In this document: in pieces, positions 36,921 to 50,195 of the stretch
Numbering within the stretch: the stretch's first letter is position 1
How the letters are laid out: each line of letters opens with the position of its first letter
Assembly: GCA_965235115.1 (NCBI GenBank)
Contig: OZ249436.1
Span: 5,892,001 to 5,956,000 of the forward strand
DNA from: Laetmonice hystrix
Lineage: Eukaryota
DNA length: 64,000 nucleotides
Direction of reading: 5' to 3'
The notes under the pieces: generated by a model
Told to the model about the DNA's origin: nothing
Databases searched by the model: none
Seen by the model: only the letters and a program-made list of their open reading frames with translations
Made by a program: the position numbers and the translations under genes

Positions 36921-38109
36921 AGATAGATGACTGCATGGTTTCCGACACGCTGTGAAGTCTCACCCACACACAGCCTGGTGAAGTGTCGGCGGTCCGACTC
37001 AGTTTCTTGATCTCAAGGAGTCGACGATCAGCCGCCGTCACTCGCCCTGATCTATTGTCGGTATCCATAGACACGAGGTGTCATCCGCCTGGCATTCCGT
37101 AACCCCCGGACATGTGCCATCTGTCAGTCTCTCCCACATCGCTATCATTGAACCTTGTTTCACTTCTCGCCTTTGGATGCTGTCTGAACTGTATATCAAA
37201 GATAAATGATTATTTAGGTCACGTGCATGGAGAAAAATCGTCACAAGAAGTATTATTGTTAGATTGCACATTATCACCTGTCATTGCATTGTTTATCAAT
37301 CCATTCATTGGAACTATGTGGAATATTTTTCCAGGTTGATTTGTGGATTCAGGATTTAGCAGGTATTTTAGGAAAGTCTTTGAAGCCACGGCACTGGGCG
37401 GTTTACATCATCATCAAAGTGTATCATGGTGAGAAAATAACTTTAGGTAGGATGTAAGAGAGAACGAAAAAAGAATGATTAATACGATTTTGATGAGGTA
37501 ACCCGCCTTTTCAGATAGTGAGCCATACCATGTACACATTCCTTCCACTAGAGGGAGCCACTGGTGCTTATCATGTGCTATGACTTGAGTGTGCTGGATG
37601 GTCCTACCATGTAGCTACTGCATGATGTGTCGGAGAGGACCCACCAGTCAGGACAAGGATATGTCTTCATCTTCTCCGCTCAACTGGCACAAAAATGGGT
37701 TGTCTTTACTTGAAAAAAATCTCCTTTTATATTTAGTGTCCATCTCACATGTTACATTATATATTCAACATGTATATTTGGACATACGACACCAGCTGCT
37801 ATGTATGTACAATGTACAATTGTCCAATTTTGTACCATTATCACTTCTCTTGGTTAAAAGGTGCACATTAGATCCCAAAGTTGCCTGATATTGTTTTCAT
37901 TAAAAATCAGCATATTTCAGAGTCATACATGACTGGTGTTTGGTGTTTGATGTAAGGGTAAGCATCTGTTTGCTCTTATTCCTACACATTTAGAAGTTTG
38001 GCGTGAAGCAAACCCCAAGGTATGATCTACAAAACGGTTCTCATGTTTCATGGAAACTTCTCAATACTTGAGGAGGAGAAAACAAGGTGGGAGGTTGTGA
38101 TTTATGTCT

Positions 38110-38237
38110 GAAGGTCAGTCGTTCAGATCTGTGTGATTGACATCTGTACAGAAGGTGAATCGTTCAGATCTGTGTGATTGACATCTGTACAGAAGGTGAA
38201 TCGTTCAGATCTGTGTGATTGACATCTGTACAGAAGG
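38110..38237. repeat. 41-bp tandem repeat, ~3 copies
   Basis: Unit TCGTTCAGATCTGTGTGATTGACATCTGTACAGAAGGTGAA. Confidence 0.92.
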
Positions 38238-38649
38238 GTTATCTCTCCTCTAGATACCGACAGAAAAGTAATTGCGATGTAAAACAGGATTGTTTGATTT
38301 TTCGATCAATAGATTGACAAGATCAGCTGTCTATAACCTTCGTGAAGAACGTACGTGATGGTTAGTTCTCCTGGCTTCTTAACCCCACCCCCAACCCAAT
38401 CTGTAAGGGTAGATTTAATATGGGTAAAACTGAACCCATCCTGGTGGACCTTGGAAGGGGTGACATGTTTATTATTAAATTAGCCTTGGTGTCCGGATTA
38501 GACCCTTTCACAGATGTTATTTAGGTCGTTGACAAGAGCTTAGGCAGGCCCATACAGGTGTGTAGGGTGTGGGAGAGGTCGTCAAGGTGATCAATTCGGA
38601 TCCTACACCTGGTGCCCACAGCTGGTCTGGTCCAACTGCCTTCATTAGT

Positions 38650-38835
38650 ACACACCTGATGATAAACACGCCTGGTGATTAACACACCTGGTGATTACCA
38701 CACCTGGTGATTACCACACCTGATGATAAACACACCTGGTGATTACCACACCTGATGATTAACACACCTGGTGATTAACACACCTGGTGATTAAAGTACC
38801 TGATGGATTAACACACCTGGTGGATTAACACACCT
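38650..38835. repeat. Degenerate ~16-17-bp tandem repeat, ~11 copies
   Basis: Consensus ACACACCTG(G/A)TGATTA(A/C). Confidence 0.88.
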
Positions 38836-41800
38836 TTGGACATCACTAGACTTGACAGAGCAGATGACAGTTGGGACTTGATTATCACCCCATGGATCCC
38901 GGGGCCTCATGGGGTGGGGGTAAGTTGGTGGTGCTGGGTGCTAGGGTGGCTAAGAGTTAATGTGAGCAGCTTAGGTTATTTGATATACTAATATACCATT
39001 ACACCTTATCTATACTTATCGGGAAAGTTTATTTTAACGGCAAGCCTACCGTGATTTCTTTAAGTTGTGTGCACTGATGAATTGTATCGATTCATATTTT
39101 GCCTGTGTATCACACTTCTTATATCTGTATGGGGACTTGAAGATAAGAAAAGTCATCTACCTTTTCATGAGCTGTCTTTTCAAAAGGGCCTGAGCGCTCT
39201 CATTGAAAGGCATTTGGCTTTTATGTCAAGAAGGTTGCTGGCTCCTTGGCTTTCATAATGTCCCCGTTCTTATCGTAGATCAAAGAGTGAAATGGTGCTC
39301 AAGTTAAGAGTGGGCAGACCAGACGGCTGTGAAGGCCTCAGCAAATGTTTTCCTCACAGGCCAACGAATGACGTATGGAGGGTCCTCTAGACTTTGACAG
39401 TGGCAGCCTTCCTGGCCTCTCTCGTTACTCCCAACACTGTCTCCGTTTGCCAGTCGTAATAAACAAGTGTTGACTAACTCGTTGCAAAATTGTAAAAATA
39501 AGCACCCACCAATATATCTGAGACCGGCCACTTGTACATCAAAGCTAAGGAGAGCCTTGAGTTTGTCAAATTTATTGGATGGGATTGTGGCAGTAATTTA
39601 CGGCGGCAGGGCCCAATGAGAATCAGTCGAGTGGCTCGCCACTTCAATGCTTGCCAAGCACTTTATTGTTTTTGGCACTTGGGTCATGTCAGGCTTTATC
39701 CCTGTGGTCCCATAGGTCAATGTGAACGACAGGTGTAAATCACTACGTCAGGGCGTCATGACGTCGCTGACGTTCTCGACCTTGCTACATCAAAGGCTGC
39801 TGCCGTGGCTACCAAAGGCTGTGGCACTTGAGAGACAATATAGTGGCATATAAAAGGCACAGTGAAGCATCCCTGGCTAGATGATGAGGGTCGGCGTGGC
39901 GCGGCCCGCCCTGCGCAATCCTCCTGCAACTAGTCAACTCAAGATTTACTGTCTTCAATAAATGCACTTTATAGACATTTTACACCATAATTTGGAGAAT
40001 GCTCTGCCGAAAGCTCTCGAGATTTGTGTGTGAAACGCTTGGTGGGATATCGGGGCAAGCTTCGGAAGGGAACAGCAAATCATGGCTGCCAAGCTCTCGA
40101 GATGCTCGAGATGGTCAGGAGGGCTTGACTGTTGATGGTCAACCCATAGCAGCCACTGCACGTCGCCACCCACAATGACCACCTCTCGTGCTGGGATCCT
40201 TGAGCGACTTACAACTTGGGGTAAATGTTTGGCTCTCGGACATCAAAGTGCTGTTACCTTGGTGCCCCTCGCCAGTGGCAGATATGATGGGGTACTGGAG
40301 CTCCCGGCTCAAGGGTCACAGGTTACATTAGTAGGCAGCCTGAGAATGACCCTGTTGTACATGTCGAAAGGAGCAGCGCTTGGGAGAAAATACTATGGCT
40401 CTTAGCTCCTTCTTGGTCATGGGCCACGTCCGACTTCAAGGGGTGAACTTGACATCTGAAAAGATCAAAGATATGAAACCTTCTGTTGTGCATAAAATCA
40501 TATTGAATGCTTTAAATTCGGATTAAGGGCAGCCATGTGTAGGTAAATAGGAATATCATATTTCGTCCTACTCTTTATGTTCCTATGGTGGACTTCTATG
40601 AAAATCGTATCGCAGGCTTCTTACAAAAGTTATGACTAATGAAATAAGCAACTTGTCAGAGAAATATCTGGGTGAGAAGCAGGCAAGGAAATGTCAGGTT
40701 GTACTTCCTGTTCTTGGATTGATTGCATTAGACACAATTGACCTGAAAGTTTCCAGACAACTTAGCAAAGGGCAACATTTGCTCCACATCAACCTGTCTG
40801 ATGCCATATCCATCAGTATCAGGACTTAAACATAACCACATTTACAGATAGACAGATCAAAGGCATTGTTTGGTTCATTTCCCTCCAGTATTTTTACATA
40901 TATTAGGGCTATAAATCATTGCTGGCTCTCACTGCCGGCATAGCAGGAAGTTATGATGTGGGTTGGTGGTATGAGGCCATGACTAACAGATGGTACTCGC
41001 CCTCAGTGGCCAGCACCTATTGGAGGTCATGGGACAGTTTGACATTGTGGTCATGTTTACCTGGCTTGAAGGTAATCGTCCTCATGTTACCTCGGCAAAA
41101 TAATAACTCACTGCTGTAGAATCAAACACTTGGTAAAACTCTTCATGGTCTGTTTTTTACAGTTATTTTGCACATAATTGTGTTAATTTGATTAATCTAC
41201 AATGCCTTCGTGTAAGTTTCACATACCAAAGGCGGCTTTCTTCTACCTGGACGAACGTAAACATGGGAAGGAATTATGACGCATTGGTAATGATGACATA
41301 TTGATACGAGACAGATGTCTGATGTCAGGGTGTTCACAAATCATAGCTAGAAATGGTTGGGGTTCGCGGTATTTTGAAGATTACCGTAAGTGCGTGGTTT
41401 TGCCAGGGGATGTCGGAGTAGGAAGCAGTAGTAATGAGAGGGGAGCGGAAGGGCGAACCAGCAGGGTGCATGTCCAGAGTATCTCAAAGTTAGGATTTAC
41501 TGGGAGTTATTAGTAAGTCCTCCCGGCTTGCAGGCATCAGGAGCACGCCAGACCTTCAGATGGAGAACCCATCATGGTCAGCAGATACCGTTAATCTGCT
41601 GCCAGCTACAACTAATTAATAAGATCAAGGGATGGAAGGTCAACCTAGCTTCGCCGCTACCCTTCTGACCTCTCCTTGAGTGCTAATAAATTACGGAGGT
41701 GAAGCTGTGCTGGTCCTGCCTGGGCCTCTCCAGGGTGGCGGTGTCGGTTAGTGATCTCAACATTCATCTTGTCCAAGTGGAAGGTACGTCAGACACTCGT

Positions 41801-43613
41801 GAAAAACTACTTCAAAGGTGGCGGGGTAAAAGTCTGTCACAGTGTGTCAGTGTTTATGCATGGTGTGGCGGGTGCACATGTTGATGGCGTCACTGCCTGA
41901 TGTTTGCTCGTCATCCATCATGGCACAAGGTCTGTTAAGATGATTCCATCGGACAGCCGACGGCTCCCTCCCGCCCTACGGCCCATATATACGGCGGCAT
42001 TCCCGGCGGCCAGGTGCGAGGACATGGTGTCCATTAATGCGGTTCTGATGGATGGTTTTACAATAGGTGTGCTGTTGGCTGTCACGGGGTGGCTACACGG
42101 CCACGGATCACAGGACTACTCTCGCAACAGCTCCTAGCAAACATGACACAAATACCTGTGATGAATCCGCCGGCCAGGCCAGCATCCCGTGGCAGAGGGC
42201 ATGATGGATCGGACCTGCCACTTCTGAGTTACGCCACTCACTTTGAACATTTAGCAGAGATTCTTCAAAAGTCCCCCCTTCTCTCCTCCACAACTACAAC
42301 GCAATACCTCAGCCTGGGCAGACGACCAAGCCGGTCTGGGTGGAGTCACTGATCGAAGAGGTCATCAAACAAAGGTCACGACGCTCCTTTCACGAAGATG
42401 ATCACAGTAATAGATTATATGATATATGTATGCCCAGATATATGTGTATGGATCCCTCATGTAGACTTCACAATGATGTACACGACTGCATATGTACAGA
42501 TTGAGCCTCACTCACGGCTGGAATGTTCGACCCTATCGTACCGTGCATCAGATTATGTATATTCTGGTGAAGACTGCCATGCTTACCGATGACTTCAGGA
42601 ATGCCATACAAATCCGTCATGAACGTTTTGTAGATCTCCGACAGCGGACCCGGCCCTGCTGTAAATAACACGACAGCTACGGAATAGACGAGAAACAAGA
42701 ATGCTCCTTACTCAGAAACGACTTAGGAACGTGGCATTTTTTCCATGTCAGTTAGTGAACATAGCTTTTCGGAATTATTGTAAAGAATGTGATACTGAAA
42801 AAATGACATTGTGTATCAGTGTTTTGCAAGAGCTGTGTTGTTCTAAACATTTCCCTCTACAGACGATAGGCCCGGCATGGCCTACATGTATATTGGTCCG
42901 GGGACATTCATTACAAGCTTGAGTTAAAAAGTCATTTAACACAGACCCCACTGGCATTGTCATGTAGTCCTAAAGGCTTCTTGGCAGTAATTCTAAAAAC
43001 TCCTAAACTTATGACTTTGGCAGGTATGTAGACGGTGGAAGAGTTTTCAAATAGTGGTCTTGGATCATGAACTTTATAGAAAGTTCTCATGTAGGCTAAG
43101 TAGGAAGGACTTGAAGGGACATCATTTAAAAGTTTGTAAACATAAGAATACGTAGGAATGTATGGCCGTGTGACATCAAAGTAACTTTAGGGTACCTTTA
43201 ATACGGCCGTCGTTGGTACGTTGCCATGAGGCGCGGTAATAAGGGTGACCAAAATAATGCAAGACTGGACACGATAGATCGTGTCGCAATCTTTCATTTA
43301 GCCATGCATGCCGATTCTGACCGCGAGCATGACCCCCATGTCCTACTTCCACATAATCTGATCTTAAATAGATCTGTCTGCCCCTCGCAACCTTTTTTGA
43401 TGCAAGGTTTAATGTATGATCCAAATGATTTCATGCGTGAAGCATTATGCAGGCAATATATTTGGCTAAAGGGAGTGAATGATGAGAATAATGAATGTGG
43501 GTGTAGACGGTCGTAGACTGTGGTATATAGCGTAGAATGTGGAATCAGGCGGAGTAAGGTAGTTGGTAGAATGGTCACCTGATCCTTAACCTTGTGAAAG
43601 AATTATCATCTCT

Positions 43614-44557
43614 GGCATCACTACACCTGCATCTCTTACTCCTCACTATCCGGCATCACTACCTGTATCACTTACTCCTCACTATCCGGCATCACTACCT
43701 GCATCTCTTACCCGTCACTATCCGGCATCACTACCTGCATCTCTTACCCGTCACTATCCGGCATCACTACCTGTATCACTTACTCCTTACTATCCGGCAT
43801 CACTACCTGCATCACTTACTCCTCACTATCCGGCATCACTACCTGCATCTCTTACTCCTCACTATCCGGCATCACTACCTGCATCTCTTACCCGTCACTA
43901 TCCGGCATCACTACCTGTATCACTTACTCCTTACTATCCGGCATCACTACCTGCATCACTTACTCCTCACTATCCGGCATCACTACCTGCATCTCTTACT
44001 CCTCACTATCCGGCATCACTACCTGCATCTCTTACCCGTCACTATCCGGCATCACTACCTGCATCTCTTACCCGTCACTATCCGGCATCACTACCTGTAT
44101 CACTTACTCCTTACTATCCGGCATCACTACCTGCATCACTTACTCCTCACTATCCGGCATCACTACCTGCATCTCTTACTCCTCACTATCCGGCATCACT
44201 ACCTGCATCTCTTACCCGTCACTATCCGGCATCACTACCTGTATCACTTACTCCTTACTATCCGGCATCACTACCTGAATCACTTACTCCTTACTATCCG
44301 GCATCACTACCTGAATCACTTACTCCTTACTCTCCGGCATCACTACCTGTATCACTTACTCCTTACTATCCGGCATCACTACCTGCCTCACTTACTCCTT
44401 ACTATCCGGCATCACTACCTGCATCACTTACTCCTCACTATCCGGCATCACTACCTGTATCACTTACTCCTCACTATCCGGCATCACTACCTGCATCACT
44501 TACTTCTCACTATCCGGCATCACTACCTGCATCACTTACTCCTTACTATCCGGCATC
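43614..44557. repeat. 36-bp minisatellite, ~26 copies, with higher-order structure
   Basis: Unit ACTATCCGGCATCACTACCTG(C/T)ATC(T/A)CTTAC(T/C)C(C/G)T(C/T). Source of the 331-aa His/Leu-rich pseudo-ORF. Confidence 0.97.
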
Positions 44558-45161
44558 TGTTCTCGACTGAAAGTCAACTCCAGGGATAGGTGTTATAGGA
44601 ATAGAGAATTAGAAGCGTACCACTACTCCTAAGGCCCAGGCGATCTAGGAATCTGCTTTGTTAGGCCCTGTGGTGACAGGTTCATCTTTCTAACCTCCCT
44701 GCCACGTGTCACCATGGCCTTCTAATGACATGTACCAAAAAATGTTCACACATGTTGAGTTCTAATTGAAGTAGTGTCTCGTTTCCGTTGGCAGGGCAAC
44801 AAGAGTACCCCCCCCCCCCCCAACAACAACAACAAAAACAACAGCCCAGGTACGTGGGAGCAGTGAGGGAAGGGGTCCCATGATGGGTGGGTATGGGTGT
44901 AGGGGGGATGGGGGGAGACATGTCTGTCCAGCCCAGCCCGGCACTCTCCAGGAATGCTCATCTGTCGATGTCCATCAGTTTCCACCGTAACGCCTGGTCT
45001 AAGAATATGTACATGAATAATAAACCAAACAGGCCACACATACTTGGGTGCCTCGTAAACGATCGGTTGATTATTTCCGAGGCAGCTTTATATAGTGACA
45101 CACTTAAACAGAAAGTCGGATGATGGCTGGCTCCAGACGACCGATCCGCTCGCAACTACTG

Positions 45162-45399
45162 GGCGTTTTGAACTAACGTTAGGACTGGTCCTACGTAGGA
45201 CTGGGCCAGATTTTAAATAATTCTCGAAGACGAATGGTGAAGGTAATAATTTCCTTTTTAATTTCTAATAGTTTCTTTTAACTAAACGAAGAAATAAAAG
45301 TCAATACACATTTGGTACTTTAGACATAAGTGTTTTAATGAAGGCTAAACACTGGTCCTAAACTCAATTCGCTTCTAGGACCGTTAGTGCACCTCGCCC
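45162..45399. mobile_element. Possible decayed short MITE (Harbinger-like, CTG flanks)
   Basis: Left CTG|GGCGTTTTGAACTAACG and right CGTTAGTGCACCTCGCCC|CTG form an imperfect inverted repeat. Internal TAGGACTGGTCCTA palindrome and an AT-rich centre. Confidence 0.4.
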
Positions 45400-46434
45400 C
45401 TGAACTTGCTATGTATGTAGGCCATGCGGGAGGCGAGGCACCACATGCAGCTCAACAAGATATGTTCTGGAAACAAGTGTTTTTTAATCATTTCATCGTC
45501 TATATTTATATGAGATGTTCAAAAGGAAATGCAGGCCCAGAAAAGTTAATAAAAGGAAAGCGACCAGTCTATTTTTAAAATGTAAATGAGACGCGGTCTG
45601 TATTCCATGGTTTCTATGCTGGATATAATAAAACATGTCACTTATTACTACATGATTAATACGTCGACCATAGGTTATAGGGGCTCATCTATCGCTCGAT
45701 AAGAAGAAGTCGCTATTTATTATCTCACTGTTAAGCCCTGCTGGTGCACAACAAGTATTCATATCTCTGGTGGAAAAAGTCCATTGTTCAAGCCTTGTAC
45801 ACCCAGGCAATTATTGCCTGGAGAATTGAAACGATGAAGTTACAGTATGACCTTTCCCCAGTGAAGATAAAATACGTTGGAAACTGACTCGATTCCTTTA
45901 TCGCCTTTTTCGATGTCTCTTATCTGTCCGAGCAGGTCTCCAGATGGTCCAGAATATCTTTTTCCCGTCTTTTGTAGGCCTGTTGTTCAGGGTAAATTAA
46001 AGTTTGAATAATTTCAGATACAATAGGGGCGGAGAGCGAAGCAGACCATAATTAAGATCATTTTTGAAAGTAACCAAAGTTTTCATATTAAGTTACAACA
46101 AACTTGTTCCATTATAAAAGTTTGAATGTCAGGCTCTTTAGAAAAGCGTGTATGTGCGGGCTGGATGCTAATTTCCGGTGGTAGTAGCACATGTTGAAAT
46201 ATCCGGGCGCAAGTCGTATCGTTTAGAAGACTCGACTTGAAGCAAACACTCCATGGGTCTAAGTGAATTCTTGTGTGCCGAAAATGGCGCATTTCCGGAA
46301 ACACAGCAGCTTGTCGGCCGCACCCAGGAGGGCAACCCAACACCTGGCTGTGACTTTGAGATAATTTCATCAGATCTTGCACTTCCGCTAGGAGTAAATC
46401 CAGGAAGAGGGTTGTATTCTGCCAGCATGACCTT

Positions 46435-46560
46435 CGTCACAAAGCTTGGCCCGTCACAAAGCTTGGTCCGTCACAAAGCTTGGCCCGTCACAAAGCTTGG
46501 CCCGTCACAAAGCTTGGTCCGTCACAAAGCTTGGCCCGTCACAAAGCTTGGCCCGTCACA
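46435..46560. repeat. 17-bp tandem repeat, ~7 copies
   Basis: Unit CGTCACAAAGCTTGG(C/T)C. Followed by a 21-bp duplication TGTTACGCAGGACAGGAGGTG (~46574-46622). Confidence 0.95.
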
Positions 46561-47002
46561 CGGCCCATTCCGATGTTACGCAGGACAGGAGGTGTGTTAC
46601 GCAGGACAGGAGGTGTGTTACGTGAACCATATGGTCGTCGTTATTGGTTACCGTCACAGTCGGTCAACATGCCTAACTTATCTTGGCTATGGTCGGAGTA
46701 GTAGGAGTGACTTGGGGGAGTGGTGTTGGTAGTGGTGTTGGTAGTGGTGTCAGGATATCATGGCCGCTGGACGTGCCGAGCCACGTGCACACGGCCGAGT
46801 ATGTGTCACTACTGGTGTAAACATGGAGATAGAATATTGGGCTGCGCTACTAGTTCTACCCTAGCCCCGCTATCTGTGCACACCGACTTGTCCTAACCCA
46901 GGTGTGCACCATCCTAACCCAGGTGTGCACCGTTACGACCGTCAACGTCCATTTCCTGCCGCCTCAATCTGTCGTAATGAGACCACAATAAAAGCCAGAG
47001 GG

Positions 47003-47615
47003 TTGACCCCGGGACGACGTGTTGTATTTAACCAACCACTACCGAATGTTTGACCCCGGCACGACGTGTTGTATTTAACCAACCACTACCGAATGTTTGA
47101 CCCCGGGACGACGTGTTGTATTTAACCAACCACTACCGAATGTTTGACCCCGGGACGACGTGTTGTATTTAACCAACCACTACCGAATGTTTGACCCCGG
47201 GACGACGTGTTGTATTTAACCAACCACTACCGAATGTTTGACCCCGGGACGACGTGTTGTATTTAACCAACCACTACCGAATGTTTGACCCCGGGACGAC
47301 GTGTTGTATTTAACCAACCACTACCGAATGTTTGACCCCGGGACGACGTGTTGTATTTAACCAACCACTACCGAATGTTTGACCCCGGGACGACGTGTTG
47401 TATTTAACCAACCACTACCGAATGTTTGACCCCGGGACGACGTGTTGTATTTAACCAACCACTACCGAATGTTTGACCCCGGGACGACGTGTTGTATTTA
47501 ACCAACCACTACCGAATGTTTGACCCCGGGACGACGTGTTGTATTTAACCAACCACTACCGAATGTTTGACCCCGGGACGACGTGTTGTATTTAACCAAC
47601 CACTACCGAATGTTT
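47003..47615. repeat. 47-bp minisatellite, 13 near-identical copies
   Basis: Unit TTGACCCCGGGACGACGTGTTGTATTTAACCAACCACTACCGAATGT. I see only one substitution, in unit 2. Confidence 0.98.
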
Positions 47616-49540
47616 TACGGATGAAGCCCACCAGTCCATCATTTTCTCTCTATCATTTTCAGGCCGTCATAAAAAGTAGTTCATCACAATAGACTGTTGG
47701 CAGTGTAATAAATTTAAATTTGTCAGTTTGACTAAAACATGCAGCTTTCTAGAATTATAGGTTAAAGTCAGTGAACCAGTCTCCACTATAGGTTGTAGCC
47801 TATTGTACAAGCTGATAACAAAGAATACTACAGCTAGGAGGTTCAGATTACGACCCGAATCAGCACTCTCCGCAGTTACAGCTATGACGTAACTTTACTG
47901 TAATCGTATCGGCCGACAAGACCGTCATGTCAGCATAGGTGGCGCTACCAGAGGTGCGTCAACCGGCGTGCGACAGACGTGATGTCCTAGCGGCATTGTT
48001 GGGAACTGCATGAGCGTTGGCCTGACAGTCTCAGACGCTGGAAATGCCTGCGTTGTGATTGGCACGTTGCCATGACTCTTGTCGCGTAGTTGTCGACCGG
48101 TTTACGCTGCCAGACCATTGCAGCACAAACTTGTGGCAGATTCTGTTGCTGCTTTTGGGAAAGTGAAATGCGGCAATGTTTGTTTTGAAGGTCTGAGAAA
48201 CGAAACGTCCAACTCCAGAACATAATGTCCAAAGTAAAACTGATGATAAAAGTCGGAGTAACTATGTTTCTGTCTAATATACCAGCTGTATATCAGTAAT
48301 CATAGTTTATATTGAACATTATCAGCGGTGACATACGAGTCACTCTCGTAGATACCAAAGTGCTGAGTTTCACTGAAAGTCCTTGTCGATCTACTGCCCC
48401 AGCCTAGTCATGACAGGTGCTGGACAGTCTCCTGGGGCGTCGGCCTTTGACCTATGAACTGCACACTTCAGCTGACTATTAGTATACGTCAAACAGTGAT
48501 GGGAAAATTTAGGGTCCGTTGACACACTGACCAGTGTCCAGTGACAAAATGCTGGGTCCGGCAGTGATATATTGATACAGATACCAGTGTCGAGGGGTGG
48601 GCAGTGATTGAGGCCTGATGGTATGATTGAGTGAGCGTGTCCATGGTAAGTGGACACTGCTGAGTGACCACACGTCCTGTCACTCAGCCCTGAAGTCGAC
48701 ATTGGTCAAGTCAGCATGACGTATGGCTAGTGTCCAGTGACTCCGACCAACTAGCCAGTGAAGGACATGTGGCCACAGCAGGATGTCCTGGAGACAATGT
48801 TACCGTCTTATCTACACCGAGTTCAAATGACCTGCAGGACTCGACATGAAAGTAGAACATTAACTTTTCCTTATCTCCGGCCACATTTGTTTTGCCTTTA
48901 TCTTTATGAGAAACTAAAAACTCAGGAGGCCTATAATTTTGAAGATAGGTAAATCACTTTAATCATTGAGCATTTTCTTTTCATTGACTTGCCGTAGACA
49001 TTCCTTGCGCCTTTAAATATAGCATTTTCGCATCCATATAATGGCATTAATGTAGCATGTCTGGGGACTTGTGTTTGGTTGGGGCAGTTATAACATTTAG
49101 TGATGTCTTTGATTTTTTATCTCCCACCAAAATAACATTACTGCGCTGAGTATCGCTTCATTTGTCCTTGTCAGCTCCGCATTGAACACCTGGCTACGAC
49201 ATGCCTCTGGTCAGAGAGGTGGGGGGGGGGAGGGTCTGGGGCAGGGTGAGGGTGACAGTGGCTGACCGGATGTCAACCTTTCACTACCGGGTCAGTCAGT
49301 AAACTACCAGTTAAATATGACCCGGTCATTAACTGTAACTGTCGGGGTGAGAGGTGACAATCAGTGACAAACTTTACGTTCAGAGGTGACTGGACATCTG
49401 GTCAAGCAAATTAGTCGGATTATCGGGTGATTTCCCAGGCAAGCAATGCCTAATTTGTGAAGGGCGATAGGCCTTGGTTCAGTTTCTGTCACCAGGAGCA
49501 TCCACAGTAATTCGATTTCAAGTGTAGAAACATCCAACAT

Positions 49541-49849
49541 ATTATATCTGACGTGCTAACTGGTCATTGTTTTAGCTAACCTAACATTATATCTGACGTG
49601 CTAACTGGTCATTGTTTTCGCTAACCTAACATTATATCTGACGTGCTAACTGGTCATTGTTTTAGCTAACCTAACATTATATCTGACATGCTAACTGGTC
49701 ATTGTTTTAGCTAACCTAACATTATATCTGACATGCTAACTGGTCATTGTTTTAGCTATCCTAACATTATATCTGACGTGCTAACTGGTCATTGTTTTAG
49801 CTAACCTAACATTATACCTGACGTGCTAACTGGTCATTGTTTTAGCTAA
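49541..49849. repeat. 45-bp minisatellite, ~7 copies
   Basis: Unit ATTATATCTGACGTGCTAACTGGTCATTGTTTTAGCTAACCTAAC. Confidence 0.96.
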
Positions 49850-50132
49850 AGATTTATGCATTTATCTCAAAATGTTGCAAGCACTATCGTGTGAAATCTA
49901 TTCATTGTTATTCATACACTAATGGAAGAAATGGACCATGATTTTTTAAGTGTGTATTATAATTGCTCCCTCGGCCAAGTGGAAGGCTAGAGTGTTGTTC
50001 TGTTTCCTGAACCGATTTGTATGTAATTAGATTTCGAGAAGAAAGATGGCGCTGCTGTCACCTGTGTGACCTCCGTGACGGTGATGAATGACCCCTTCCT
50101 CTGGGTCGCTGGTCTCGGAAGGATCATGTAAC

Positions 50133-50195
50133 CACCCCTACCCCTACCCCCTCCCCCTGCCCCCACCCCTACCCCTACCCCCTCCCCCTGCCCCT
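50133..50195. repeat. C-rich hexamer tract (G-quadruplex-capable on the minus strand)
   Basis: CCCCTA/CCCCCT/CCCCTG units, about ten C4-5 runs arranged as a 30-bp duplication. Confidence 0.8.

Noticed and set aside
79..49849. CRISPR-like appearance of the regular arrays
   Set aside because: Units are contiguous with no unique spacers, there is no cas-like ORF, and the context is eukaryotic.
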